DNA of 64,000 nt from an uncultured Verrucomicrobiae bacterium (GTDB taxonomy: Bacteria > Verrucomicrobiota > Verrucomicrobiia > Chthoniobacterales > UBA10450), in assembly GCA_963709435.1 (NCBI GenBank), contig CAVPWK010000010.1:111399-175398 (forward strand). The letters are read 5' to 3'. The notes beneath the pieces are model-generated. The model was not told the DNA's origin. It saw nothing but the letters and a program-made list of their open reading frames with translations, and did no database searches. Positions 1 through 9,316 of the stretch are shown piece after piece. How positions within the stretch are numbered: the first letter of the stretch is position 1; each line of letters begins with the position of its first letter. The position numbers and the translations under genes are program-made.

Positions 1-794
1 TGGGCATTCCCATTTTGCGCGGACGGAATCTTACCGAACACGACGTGGGCGAAAATGCCGCCAAGGTTGCAGTTATTAGCGAGACGATGGCGAAAACATT
101 TTGGCCTGGGGAAGACGCGGTCGGCCGGCGCTTCCGCTATTACAACCGCGAAGGATCCTTCGAGGTCATCGGTGTCGCGCGCGATGTCAAAGCGGCGACG
201 CTGGGAGAAACGCCAACCCCGATGCTTTACACTCCGTTTCACGAGGCGCCGGATGGCGGGATCACTGTTTTCGTTCACACTGCCGGCGCGCCCGGACCGA
301 TGGTGCCCGAAGTCCGTCGGATCGTGCGCAATATCGATAACCATATCTCCATCACCTATGAAAAGACCGTGACGCAGCACCTCGCCTTTGCGCTTTGGCC
401 ATCGTGGATGGGCGCGATTTTGCTCGGCAGTTTGGGATTGCTCGCGCTCGTGCTGGCCTCGGTCGGAGTTTACGGAGTGATGGCGTACTCGGTGAGTCAG
501 CGAACACGCGAACTGGGTATTCGCATGGCATTGGGCGCCCAAGGCAGCGAGGTGCTTGGGCTGGTCTTGCGGCAGGGCATGTTGTTGGCGGCAATCGGTT
601 TGGTCATCGGTTTAATTGCGGCTTTTAGTTCGACCCGACTGGCAAGCACCCTTCTTTACGGAGTGAATCCGAGCGATCCGTTGATTTTCAGCGGCGTCAC
701 GGTGTTACTCGGTGCCGCCGCGTTCGCGGCCTGCTATTTCCCGGCGCGTCGCGCCCTCAAAATCGACCCCGTTATCGCTCTTCGCTTTGAATAA
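1..794 (+). CDS. ABC transporter permease, MacB/FtsX-like, C-terminal part (5' end outside window)
   Basis: The frame is open from the window edge (track ORF 15..794). The translation ends with hydrophobic helices (WPSWMGAILLGSLGLLALVLA, GMLLAAIGLVIGLIAAF, LIFSGVTVLLGAAAFAACYF) after a soluble segment, the usual FtsX-domain layout. Confidence 0.7.
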   Translation, partial: GIPILRGRNLTEHDVGENAAKVAVISETMAKTFWPGEDAVGRRFRYYNREGSFEVIGVARDVKAATLGETPTPMLYTPFHEAPDGGITVFVHTAGAPGPMVPEVRRIVRNIDNHISITYEKTVTQHLAFALWPSWMGAILLGSLGLLALVLASVGVYGVMAYSVSQRTRELGIRMALGAQGSEVLGLVLRQGMLLAAIGLVIGLIAAFSSTRLASTLLYGVNPSDPLIFSGVTVLLGAAAFAACYFPARRALKIDPVIALRFE

Positions 795-803
795 TAGCAG
801 TAG

Positions 804-901
804 CACAGGCGTCTCGCCTGTGGGGCCAACGGGCATCTTGCCCGTTGCTCGTAATGGAGGGCGGAGCACTGCAACGCCGGGTTCGCAGAGCTCCTCCCTC
901 C
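804..901. repeat. Cluster of three GC-rich hairpins (REP-like intergenic element)
   Basis: cacaggcg-tct-cgcctgtg (804-822), aacgggca-tct-tgcccgtt (828-846), and ggagggcggagc...gctcctccctcc (856-901), lying between the permease stop and yajQ. Confidence 0.6.
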
Positions 902-1011
902 AATAATTGTGCGATCGTCGGCGTCCTCTGCAAAAAGTCGCTTGGCGAGGATGCGAAGGTGCGGCAGATGCTTAATTCAGAAATCAGCAATCAAAAATCA
1001 GAAATCAAATC

Positions 1012-1497
1012 ATGCCGTCATTCGATATCGTCTCGGAAGTAGACAAACAGGAAATCGACAACGCGCTCAATCAGGCGCGCAAAGAATTAGCCACACGATT
1101 CGATTTCAAAGGTAGTGCAGCAGAGATCATTCATGAGAAAGACAAGATCACTCTCACCGCTGAGGATGCCAATCGCCTCCGTGGGTTGCGCGAAATTGTG
1201 ATAGGCAAGCTGGCAAAACGCAGCGTTGACCTGCGCAACATCGAGCACGCGGAGCCCGATATCTCACCGCTGGGCCACGCGCGTCAGGAACTCAAAATTC
1301 GACAAGGCCTCGAAGGCGAAAAAGCAAAAGAGATTATCAAGGCGATCAAGGAAGCCGGCTTCAAAGTGCAAAGCGCGCTGCAAGACCGCCAAATTCGCGT
1401 CACCGGAAAAAAGAAGGACGAATTACAAAGTGTAATTCAGTTTGTCCGCGGTAAAGATTTCAAAGTCGCAACCAGCTTCAAAAATTTCCGCGACTAA
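1012..1497 (+). CDS. yajQ: YajQ family nucleotide-binding protein (UPF0234)
   Basis: 161 aa. The N-terminus MPSFDIVSEVDKQEIDNALNQARKELATRFDFKGS and the length are typical of YajQ. Confidence 0.9.
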   Translation: MPSFDIVSEVDKQEIDNALNQARKELATRFDFKGSAAEIIHEKDKITLTAEDANRLRGLREIVIGKLAKRSVDLRNIEHAEPDISPLGHARQELKIRQGLEGEKAKEIIKAIKEAGFKVQSALQDRQIRVTGKKKDELQSVIQFVRGKDFKVATSFKNFRD

Positions 1498-1511
1498 TAG
1501 CTGACCAGGCG

Positions 1512-2273
1512 CTACCTGATCCCGGTGTCGAGCCGCCATTTCACTTTGGTCATTTGACCAGCTGCGACGTCGACTCCGAACGGACCGTTTTTCTTCCCCA
1601 TTATCCAAACGCTGTAGTGACCCGGCTTTAACGAGACACGAAACCGGCCCTGATGATCAGTCGTGAAGGATGCAACAGTCTCCTTCTGGTTCTCGACGAT
1701 GAATGTACCATTGTGCAATGGCAACGAATCCTCCCCGCCCGGCACCGGACCGGCCGTAATGACGCCTTCGATGCCGGTGCCGGACTCCACTCCAGCGAGA
1801 TCTGAGATCCTCTTCTCTGCGGTGCGTGACGCGTCTGCCACAGCTCTCGTCCACGGCCCTTTGATAAAAGTAATGTTGTAATGCTCGGCAGAAGGCGGCC
1901 CCGCAGGTGGATCTTTCCCATTATACAACTGCGCCTCGATGGCTAGAGCGTTTCCCGTTCCGATGATCCAGACGTCGTAGAGCATCACCTCTCTGAGTTC
2001 CTTGGACTGCGTTGCCTCGAAACGGAGTCTCACAACGCCATCCCTAACTTCGGACGAAAGCAGACGTCGAACCTGCACCAAATACGAGTCGCCAGTTGCG
2101 TTAATCTCCATATGGAACAGCGTTGGCGAGCGTTGCCCCATGAGAGCCTGCCAAGTCCCGACAAGATCGTTCTTGTCAAGAGACGGGATAGTCTCCTGAT
2201 TGGCAGAGACGGACAGGGAGATAAGGGCATCTCCAAGCATGTTAAACAGTGTTAGCAGCAACTTTTGTCTCAT
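1512..2273 (-). CDS. Secreted hypothetical protein with carboxypeptidase-regulatory-like C-terminal domain
   Basis: Track ORF 1512..2312. The internal Met (MRQKLLLTLFNMLGDALISLSVSA) gives a signal peptide. The C-terminus (GRFRVSLKPGHYSVWI) resembles CarboxypepD_reg folds. Confidence 0.55.
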   Translation of the reverse strand: MRQKLLLTLFNMLGDALISLSVSANQETIPSLDKNDLVGTWQALMGQRSPTLFHMEINATGDSYLVQVRRLLSSEVRDGVVRLRFEATQSKELREVMLYDVWIIGTGNALAIEAQLYNGKDPPAGPPSAEHYNITFIKGPWTRAVADASRTAEKRISDLAGVESGTGIEGVITAGPVPGGEDSLPLHNGTFIVENQKETVASFTTDHQGRFRVSLKPGHYSVWIMGKKNGPFGVDVAAGQMTKVKWRLDTGIR

Positions 2274-2315
2274 ATTAGCTGCCCCCGGGGGCTTGATTCG
2301 GTCTATCGACACATG

Positions 2316-2564
2316 TCACCCGCCCTGCACCGGCGGCATGATGGCGACGGTGTCGCCGTCCTCCAATCCGTGATTGCGATCGACGAATTCGACGCCGATT
2401 CCAAAGAGTATGCTCTTTTCAAAATCCCGCAGCTTCGGATAACTTCTTTTTAAGCGTTCAAAAAGATCATTCACGGTCGCATTCTTCGGCAGGGACAGTT
2501 CGAACGCAGACGCGTCGACGATTTCCTTTACTACGGAATAAAATTCCGCCCGTACTTTTATCAC
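2316..2564 (-). CDS. MoaD/ThiS family sulfur-carrier protein
   Basis: 82 aa ending in GG (AIMPPVQGG), the size and C-terminus of a beta-grasp sulfur carrier. Confidence 0.75.
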   Translation of the reverse strand: MIKVRAEFYSVVKEIVDASAFELSLPKNATVNDLFERLKRSYPKLRDFEKSILFGIGVEFVDRNHGLEDGDTVAIMPPVQGG

Positions 2565-3097
2565 GCCATTAATTCCTTCTTCAAAACGCCGATGCAGGGG
2601 AGATTGCGATAGCCTTCGCCATAATCCAGGCCGTAGCCGACAACAAATTCATCGGCAATGTCGAAGCCGACATAATCTGCTTCAATTGGACACGCTCGCT
2701 CTTTGATTTTCCGCAGCAAAACGCAAACGCGAATACTTTTCGGAGAGGCAGTCTGCAATTTTTCACGGATGGCGTTGATGGTGGTTCCGCTGTCGAGAAT
2801 ATCGTCGAGCAGCAGGATATCGCGACCTGCGAGGTCGGGCTGCGCGATTTGGCGGAAAATGACTTCGCCGCTGGTTTGTAATCCGCCGTGGTAACTGGCC
2901 ACGCTCAGGCAATCGAGCCTCAGCGGCAATGGGATGCGCCGCAACAAATCGGCCATGAACATCAAACTGCCGTTGAGAATCGCGATCACGGTTAGTTCGC
3001 GATCGCGATAGTCTGCGGATATCTGCATGGCGAGTTCGTCGAGTCTGTGCAAGATCGTGGCTTCATCGAATAGCACACGGTCGAGATCGGCCTGCAT
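2561..3097 (-). CDS. hpt: Hypoxanthine phosphoribosyltransferase
   Basis: PRPP-binding loop ILLLDDILDSGTT. Family-typical N-terminus from the internal Met MQADLDRVLFDE (track ORF extends to 3151). Confidence 0.9.
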   Translation of the reverse strand: MQADLDRVLFDEATILHRLDELAMQISADYRDRELTVIAILNGSLMFMADLLRRIPLPLRLDCLSVASYHGGLQTSGEVIFRQIAQPDLAGRDILLLDDILDSGTTINAIREKLQTASPKSIRVCVLLRKIKERACPIEADYVGFDIADEFVVGYGLDYGEGYRNLPCIGVLKKELMA

Positions 3098-3365
3098 GCC
3101 AGAAAGTCTCCGTTGGTTCACGAGCAAAGTCGAGCAAAGGCGTGTGCTCATGACACGCCCCAGGAACCTAACGAAATGACGAATGACGAAGCTTCAAGGG
3201 AGGTTAGGCTTCCAGCCTGACTCGGCCGACAAGCTTCTAGCTTGTCGTGCTAATCGTTGTCGATGGGCGAGATGCCCGTCCTCCGGACAGGCAAGGATGC
3301 CCATCTTCCATCCGGCATTCGGATTTCGTCATTTGCCTGCTCCCGTGTCATGCGAAGATTGGCAC

Positions 3366-3785
3366 GTGCGCGTCCTCACCAAAAACTTTACCATCACCGC
3401 GTCGGGCAAGGGCACTTACGAGATCACCGATAAAATCGAAGCCATCGTACGCGAAAGCGAAGTTGAAAATGGCGTCGTCACGGTTTTTACGCAGCACACC
3501 AGTTGCAGCCTGATCGTGATGGAGAATGCGGATCCGACGGCACGACGCGATCTGGAGGAATTCTTCGATCGGTTGGTCCCGGAGAATGCCGATTATTTCG
3601 AACATGACGCGGAAGGCGCCGATGACATGCCATCGCACATTCGCATGGTCCTAACCCGGACAAGCGAGACTATTCCGATTGTGGATGGACGAATCCAGCT
3701 AGGCACGTGGCAGGGTATCTTCCTTTTCGAGCATCGGCGCGCTTCGCACCGCCGGAAAATTGTGGTGACGGTAATGGGTCAATAG
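3366..3785 (+). CDS. YjbQ-like protein (UPF0047, secondary thiamine-phosphate synthase family)
   Basis: HTSCSLIVMENADP...EGADDMPSHIRMVL...GTWQGIFLFEHR matches the YjbQ pattern. GTG at 3366 gives the family-typical ~139 aa. The upstream part of track ORF 3183.. is repeat DNA. Confidence 0.8.
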   Translation: MRVLTKNFTITASGKGTYEITDKIEAIVRESEVENGVVTVFTQHTSCSLIVMENADPTARRDLEEFFDRLVPENADYFEHDAEGADDMPSHIRMVLTRTSETIPIVDGRIQLGTWQGIFLFEHRRASHRRKIVVTVMGQ

Positions 3786-3790
3786 ACTCG

Positions 3791-3884
3791 GTCATCCCGA
3801 GCGCTAGTCGAGGGATCCCGTTGAGCAGGCTTTAAGGTAACGCTCCGGGATCCCTCGGCTCTGCTTCGCTACGCTCGGGATGAC
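3791..3884. repeat. Inverted-repeat element gtcatcccgagcg...gggatccc / gggatccc...cgctcgggatgac
   Basis: The left arm 3791-3819 and right arm 3847-3884 are reverse complements with a few indels. A half copy lies at 9609-9637. Confidence 0.7.
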
Positions 3885-3887
3885 GAG

Positions 3888-5069
3888 CTACCCGGTATAC
3901 ATCGCATCCACCAGCCGCAGCGATTTCTCGTTAGGCAACACGGATTTCTCCATTTGGTTCATCACATACGCAAAACTGATTTTGTTTTCCGGGTCGGCAA
4001 AGGCATGGCTTCCACCGGCGCCGGGGTGCCCGAAGGCATTTGTGGATGGGCCGAAAATTTTGCGACGCACGCTGGCCGAATCTTTCATGAAACCTGCGGA
4101 AAAAGCAGTCGGGATTTCAAAAACGCGATCGAGTTCGTCGCTGATCGTTGTCGTCATTAGTTTGATGCTATCGTTGCCAAAGAATCTGCGGCCGCCGATT
4201 TCGCCGCCATTCGCGAGCATTGCATAAAATTTTGCCAAAGCCGACGCGCTGCCGATTCCGCCAAACGAAACAAAATCGCACGCCCGATTCGCCGGTTTGT
4301 TCATGTCGCTCACGGCATTTAATCCATAAGGTGATGTAAATGTTTTTCGCTGCAGAGTACCGGGCTTAACCAGGTCGCGATAGAAGTCCGAGCCGGACGG
4401 GCGGTCCGAGCCGGACAAGCGGTATTTCGGCTCCGGCAGGCGGCCAGCCTTCGCCGGGTAAATGGTGGCGCACCTAAAATTCAGTTCTTCAGGCAGACCG
4501 ATCCAGAAATCGAGCGAAAGCGGCTCAGCGAAAATTGTTCGCCAATACTTGGAAATTGAAGTTCCACCAATTCTGCGGGTGAGCTCGTCGATCAGGAATC
4601 CGAAAGTACGCGCATGATACCCATGCGCGCTGCCGGGTGGCCAGAGCGATCCCTGCTTTTCCAGCGCCCGAATAACGGCGGGATAATCAGTGACCTCGGC
4701 CTTTTGATCTAGCGCACAGATGCCGGCAGAATGCGAAAGCAATTGCGCGAGGGTGATATCCATCTTCCCGTTCTGCCCAAATTCCGGCCAGAATTCCGAA
4801 ACGCGCCGTTCGATTTTGATTTTGTTCTCCTGGAGCGCGTGAAGCAAACACGCGCTACCGATTCCTTTGGTTGCCGACCAGACCAGCGCGATCGTGTCGT
4901 CGTTCCAGGGTTGCTCTCGTTTTCGGTCGCGAAATCCCCCGTGCAGATCGAGTATCGGTTCGCCGTTTTGCCAGATGGAGACGGCTGCGCCTAACTCGCC
5001 AAAGCGCGAAAAGTTCTCACGAAAGAGCGGCTCAATTCGTTCGCGCAAAGTCTCCGCATGCAATTTCAC
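3888..5069 (-). CDS. Serine hydrolase, beta-lactamase/transpeptidase-like family
   Basis: 393 aa with an S-x-x-K active-site motif (WSATKG) near the N-terminus and a GTG start. Confidence 0.85.
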   Translation of the reverse strand: MKLHAETLRERIEPLFRENFSRFGELGAAVSIWQNGEPILDLHGGFRDRKREQPWNDDTIALVWSATKGIGSACLLHALQENKIKIERRVSEFWPEFGQNGKMDITLAQLLSHSAGICALDQKAEVTDYPAVIRALEKQGSLWPPGSAHGYHARTFGFLIDELTRRIGGTSISKYWRTIFAEPLSLDFWIGLPEELNFRCATIYPAKAGRLPEPKYRLSGSDRPSGSDFYRDLVKPGTLQRKTFTSPYGLNAVSDMNKPANRACDFVSFGGIGSASALAKFYAMLANGGEIGGRRFFGNDSIKLMTTTISDELDRVFEIPTAFSAGFMKDSASVRRKIFGPSTNAFGHPGAGGSHAFADPENKISFAYVMNQMEKSVLPNEKSLRLVDAMYTG

Positions 5070-5084
5070 ATCGACCCTGTAGCG

Positions 5085-5132
5085 GCAGGCGTGACGCCTG
5101 CAATTTCTTTCCGGGCAGCCGACACGGCTGCC
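5085..5132. repeat. Pair of GC-rich hairpins
   Basis: gcaggcg-tga-cgcctgc (5085-5101) and ggcagcc-gacac-ggctgcc (5114-5132), between two minus-strand genes. Confidence 0.6.
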
Positions 5133-5140
5133 ACCACAGG

Positions 5141-5695
5141 TTACAGAGTCGAATGAAGGGGTTTCAAATCTGGATCGCGCTTCGCAAGGTCGCGAAACGA
5201 CGAATCCATTTTGAAGCTAATCTGCAAATGCACCCGCGCATCTTTCAGGTTGCCGAGCAAAACTTCGTAGCAACCCATGTTGTAGTAGTAAATCGGTTCC
5301 TTCAGCAGCGCCGTCGGTCCTCGTAGCAAAATTTCCTTTGCCTCTTTGGTTTTGCCGATCTGGTGCAAACAAAAACCAGCATGCAGAAATCCGGCGCTGG
5401 CTTGGGGCGCGGCGCGACAAAGCCGGCGGCTAATCGTCAGGGCACGCGTCCACTGCTTTTTCCGCATCAGATGGTGCAGACGCAACTGAAGGACTTCCGG
5501 GCGCCCCTGATGTTCGTCATCGATTACATTCAGTTCCGCGATTGATTCAGTCGTCATGCCGAGTTCGGCATAACCACAAGCTGCGCGGAACTGTCGTTGG
5601 AAGTCTACGTTCACGCCATTGAGCATAAGCATCCCGCTTGCCAAAAAACCGTAATTGCCGTAGCCGCCAAGCCCGCTTGACAATTGAAAAAGCAA
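5141..5695 (-). CDS. TPR-repeat protein
   Basis: 184 aa. Helical repeat pattern with A/Y/G spacing (YYYNMGCYEVLLGNLKDARVHLQ) typical of TPR. The start is uncertain. Confidence 0.55.
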   Translation of the reverse strand: MLFQLSSGLGGYGNYGFLASGMLMLNGVNVDFQRQFRAACGYAELGMTTESIAELNVIDDEHQGRPEVLQLRLHHLMRKKQWTRALTISRRLCRAAPQASAGFLHAGFCLHQIGKTKEAKEILLRGPTALLKEPIYYYNMGCYEVLLGNLKDARVHLQISFKMDSSFRDLAKRDPDLKPLHSTL

Positions 5696-5790
5696 GGGGG
5701 CTGCGTGGTCTCCTATATATAGAGAGCTAACGGAGCGGCCCTTGCAGGAGCTGGTCCCCGCCGAGAAGTCATGCGCGGCTTATCTTCTCT

Positions 5791-5927
5791 GGGGAGCGCA
5801 TGCACCTCGCGTGCGGTCGTTGGCGCCTCGCCAACGACTCTTTTGTTTTAACACAACAGAAGCATTTTGGCCAGGCGCCGAAAGTCCGAGCCGGACTGGC
5901 GTAGCACGCGCGGCGCGTGCGCTCCCC
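5791..5927. repeat. Composite inverted-repeat (MITE-like) element
   Basis: The 24-nt arms ggggagcgcatgcacctcgcgtgc (5791-5814) and gcacgcgcggcgcgtgcgctcccc (5904-5927) are about 20/24 complementary. They enclose a perfect 10-bp-stem hairpin gtcgttggcg-cct-cgccaacgac (5816-5838). Confidence 0.6.
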
Positions 5928-5976
5928 AGAAAAAATCGTAGCGTCGCCTCCCGTTGGTGGCACGCGAGCAACCCAC

Positions 5977-7776
5977 CTAGAGAAGCGCTTCCAATTCGCC
6001 TAGCCGTTTTTCAAATAACGCGATCGTGCGCTGGATCGGCTCAGCGGTGGTCATATCGACCCCGGCATTGCGCAATGTTGCCAGCGGGAACTTCGATCCG
6101 CCCGATTTAAGAAAGCCGAGATAATTTTCAACCGCGTTTGATTCGTGGCTAAGGACGCGCTGAGAGAGAGCCACGGCCGCGGAAAGTCCGGTGGCGTATT
6201 TGTAAACGTAGAAGGCGCTGTAAAAATGCGGAATTCGCAAACATTCGAGCTCCAGCGCGGCGTCGATAACAACGGCATCGCCAAAATAGGCATCGAGTAA
6301 TTTGCGATACTCGCTCTTGAAAACGTCGAGGGTCAAGGCGCCACCGGCTTCTTCGATGGCATGAATCGCTTTCTCGAACTCGGCGAACATGGTTTGGCGA
6401 TAAAGCGTCCCGCGAATGTCATCGATCTGCCGATTGATGATGTAGGCGCGCATTTTCGGATCGCTCGTTTGTTCCAAAAGGAAATGGGTGAGGAGTTCTT
6501 CGTTAAAAGTGCTCGCAACCTCAGCCAGAAAGATCGGGTAATCATAATCCTGAAAGAGCTGCGATCTGGTGGCGAACCAGGAGTGCATCGAGTGCCCGGC
6601 CTCGTGTGCGAGCGTATAAACGTCGGCGAACACGTCCTCCTTGTAATTCATCAGGATATACGGCGGCGCGTGGTAGCTGCTGGAGGAGAAGGCGCCACTG
6701 CGTTTTCCCTTCGTCTCGTAACGATCGCACCAGCGGCCGTGCAAGCCATCGGCCAGCGCACGCGAGTATTCATCGCCGAGCGGCGCAAGCGATGCGATGA
6801 CCTTGTCGATTGCTTCGTCGAAAGTGATGTGGGTTTCGATTTCTTGAACTAACGGGACGTAGGTGTCGTAGGAATGAAGCTCGTCGAGGCCGAGAACCCG
6901 CCGCCTCAGCTGATAATACCGCAGGAGCGCCGGAATGCCTTCGCGCACGGCCTTGATCAGGCCATCGTAAACTGCAACCGGGACATCATCTTTGAACAAC
7001 GATGCTTCCAGCGCGCTGGGAAAGTTTCGGGCGCGCGCGCGAAAGACGTCTGCTTTCACTGAGTACGAGAGATCGGATGCAAGAGTAAACCGATGATCCT
7101 GGAATTCGTCGTAGAATTGCTTGAAAGCGCGCTCTCTCAGCCCGCGATCGCGTTTCAGCAGGAACGAACTGTAGGTGCTTTGCGTGAGCGGTTTCTCCCG
7201 CCCATCGACGTCGACCAGCGCCCCGAATTTCATGTCCACATTAGTCAACTGCGAGAAGGCGTCGTCATAACCATCGAGGGCAGCGGCACCGAGGGCGAGG
7301 AGGCGTTCCTCACGCTCGCTCAAGATATGCGGCCGCATCCGGCGAATTTTGTGGAGCGCAATCTTCCACTCTTTCAAGGCTGGATCGGCGATGAATTGTT
7401 GCCAGCGTCCGTCGTCAATCGCCTGAATTTCCGGCACGACAAAAGCGGAAGCTTCCGCCAATTTCGTCATTAGATTCTGCAACTGTCCAAAACGCGCGAG
7501 ATAATCATTGTTCGCGCTGTCTTCCGCCAGTTGCAGCGAAGCGAAGTGATAAACGCGCTCGATTTTCAAATCGAGCTGCTTTTCAAACTCGAGCACTTCC
7601 GCCAGAGTTTTTGCCGATTCTCCGACACGGCCCTTCCACTCCGAAACATCCGGATAGGTTCGCGTGATCCACTCCACGTCCTCATTCCACTTGCTCGGGT
7701 CGACGAACAAATAGGTCAGGTCCCACTTGTCAGAGTCCGGGATATCAGCGCGTGTTGGTATTTTGTTTTCTTCCAT
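5977..7776 (-). CDS. pepF: Oligoendopeptidase F (M3B metallopeptidase)
   Basis: 599 aa with zinc motif HEAGHSMH. Length and overall pattern match PepF. Confidence 0.9.
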   Translation of the reverse strand: MEENKIPTRADIPDSDKWDLTYLFVDPSKWNEDVEWITRTYPDVSEWKGRVGESAKTLAEVLEFEKQLDLKIERVYHFASLQLAEDSANNDYLARFGQLQNLMTKLAEASAFVVPEIQAIDDGRWQQFIADPALKEWKIALHKIRRMRPHILSEREERLLALGAAALDGYDDAFSQLTNVDMKFGALVDVDGREKPLTQSTYSSFLLKRDRGLRERAFKQFYDEFQDHRFTLASDLSYSVKADVFRARARNFPSALEASLFKDDVPVAVYDGLIKAVREGIPALLRYYQLRRRVLGLDELHSYDTYVPLVQEIETHITFDEAIDKVIASLAPLGDEYSRALADGLHGRWCDRYETKGKRSGAFSSSSYHAPPYILMNYKEDVFADVYTLAHEAGHSMHSWFATRSQLFQDYDYPIFLAEVASTFNEELLTHFLLEQTSDPKMRAYIINRQIDDIRGTLYRQTMFAEFEKAIHAIEEAGGALTLDVFKSEYRKLLDAYFGDAVVIDAALELECLRIPHFYSAFYVYKYATGLSAAVALSQRVLSHESNAVENYLGFLKSGGSKFPLATLRNAGVDMTTAEPIQRTIALFEKRLGELEALL

Positions 7777-7791
7777 AAATACTCCAACGAA

Positions 7792-8577
7792 CTAGCGAAT
7801 GCCGGCTTCGCCTTTCTTGTGAATGGACGGGCCTTTCATGGTGATTTTTTCCGGCGCGTCCTCGATATCGATACGCGGGCAGCGATCGATCCATTTCACG
7901 CCGTCCCCCACGGCCCAGCGCACCGCATTTCGCAGAACGAGCCGGACATTCTTATTATAATAGATTGGATAGGCTTCGTGGCCGGGCCGGAAGTAAAAGA
8001 TTTTGCCGTTGCCGCGTTTCCAGGTGCAACCGGAGCGGAAAACTTCGCCGCCTTCAAACCAGGAAATGAAAACAATCTCCTCTGGTGCCGGCACCGCGAA
8101 TGGTTCGCCGTACATCTCCACATTTTCGATTTCGAAATAACGATCAATCCCACGCGCGATCGGATGCGCCGGGTTGCAGACCCAAAGTCGCTCCTTTTCG
8201 CCTGCCTCGCGCCAAATGATTGAGCAGCTTGTGCCCATCAAGCGCATGAACGGCTTCGAATAGTGCGATGAGTGCAGCGCGATGAATCCCATTCCCTGCC
8301 AAACTCGCGCCAGAACGCGCTCGACTACTTCGTCAGTGACTTTGCCATGGGCAGCGTGTCCCCACCAGACAAGGACATCGGTGCTTTCGAGAATGTCGGC
8401 GGTCAATCCATGTTCCGGATCATGCAGCGTCGCGGTCCGGACTTTGCAATCGCCGTCTTCTGAAATGGCGTCAGCAATGGTGCGGTGCATTCCATTGGGG
8501 TAAATCTCGGCGACAATTGGGTTCTCGCGCTCGTGCACGTTTTCGCCCCAGACCGTAACGCGAATTTGCGCAGTCAT
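7792..8577 (-). CDS. ThuA domain-containing protein
   Basis: 261 aa. The N-terminus IRVTVWGENVHE and the overall pattern are typical of ThuA-like (trehalose utilisation) proteins. Confidence 0.75.
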   Translation of the reverse strand: MTAQIRVTVWGENVHERENPIVAEIYPNGMHRTIADAISEDGDCKVRTATLHDPEHGLTADILESTDVLVWWGHAAHGKVTDEVVERVLARVWQGMGFIALHSSHYSKPFMRLMGTSCSIIWREAGEKERLWVCNPAHPIARGIDRYFEIENVEMYGEPFAVPAPEEIVFISWFEGGEVFRSGCTWKRGNGKIFYFRPGHEAYPIYYNKNVRLVLRNAVRWAVGDGVKWIDRCPRIDIEDAPEKITMKGPSIHKKGEAGIR

Positions 8578-8631
8578 CGCCGCAATACTCGCACAAAGTC
8601 CACAACGGACGCAAAGGGAGACAAATCTTCC

Positions 8632-9309
8632 CTATCGTTGTGATCTTTGCGAACTTCGTGTGAGATTTCCAATTGCGGGATGACACGCGATCTTCTTCAT
8701 CGCCCGAATCAGCAGCTCGCGGCCCGGCGAAATTTTGTGCCAGGGTGATACGCCGCTCGGATGCGGCAATGGGATCAAGTCGAAAGTCACGGCCTCACGG
8801 TTAACGAGAAATGAACGACCAATTACGGCCTCGAGCTTCTCGCAGTCGATAAATTGCATTATGGCTAGCCGGCCAACGGGAATGACAAGACGCGGTCGTA
8901 GAATTTCGAATTCGGCTTCCATCCAACCAGAGCAATTTAGAATTTCATCGCTAGCCGGTAAACGATCGCTTCCGCCACGTGCTTTGCCCGGGAAACAGCG
9001 AATGACTGCGGCAAAATAAATGCGGGCGCGCATTGTCGTTTCGGCAAGTCCACAAAATTCCTCAAACCAGCGAAAGAGAGTTTTCCCGGCGGTATGCGCG
9101 AACGGCCGCTTCAAGGTCGGCTCGCGCACACCAGGCGCCTGGCCGATTATCATCACCTCGCTAACAATCGCGCCGCCGGAGACCGGCGGCGGAATGACCC
9201 GTGGACAACGCCGGCAGCGGCGCAGACGGGCGACATGATTCTGCAATAATGTTCGCCGCTCAGACTTCCGCATTCCGGGGAGGATGCGGTCGGGTTCTGT
9301 GCGGTTCAA
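8632..9309 (-). CDS. Uracil-DNA glycosylase family protein
   Basis: GQAPG motif A and HPSGVSPW motif B. The start may be the internal Met at 9276. Confidence 0.75.
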   Translation of the reverse strand: MNRTEPDRILPGMRKSERRTLLQNHVARLRRCRRCPRVIPPPVSGGAIVSEVMIIGQAPGVREPTLKRPFAHTAGKTLFRWFEEFCGLAETTMRARIYFAAVIRCFPGKARGGSDRLPASDEILNCSGWMEAEFEILRPRLVIPVGRLAIMQFIDCEKLEAVIGRSFLVNREAVTFDLIPLPHPSGVSPWHKISPGRELLIRAMKKIACHPAIGNLTRSSQRSQR

Positions 9310-9316
9310 TCGCCGA

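Noticed and set aside
975-1011. A-rich reiterated aatcag/aaatca units upstream of yajQ, considered as a possible micro-array or CRISPR-like repeat.
   Set aside because: There are only a few irregular 6-8 nt units with no spacers. This is ordinary low-complexity leader DNA.
6361-8223. Long ORFs antisense to pepF and the ThuA-like gene (6361..6852, 7093..7473, 7531..8223).
   Set aside because: They lie fully inside well-supported genes on the opposite strand. Their translations are low-complexity with no recognisable motifs. They are typical shadow ORFs in GC-rich DNA.
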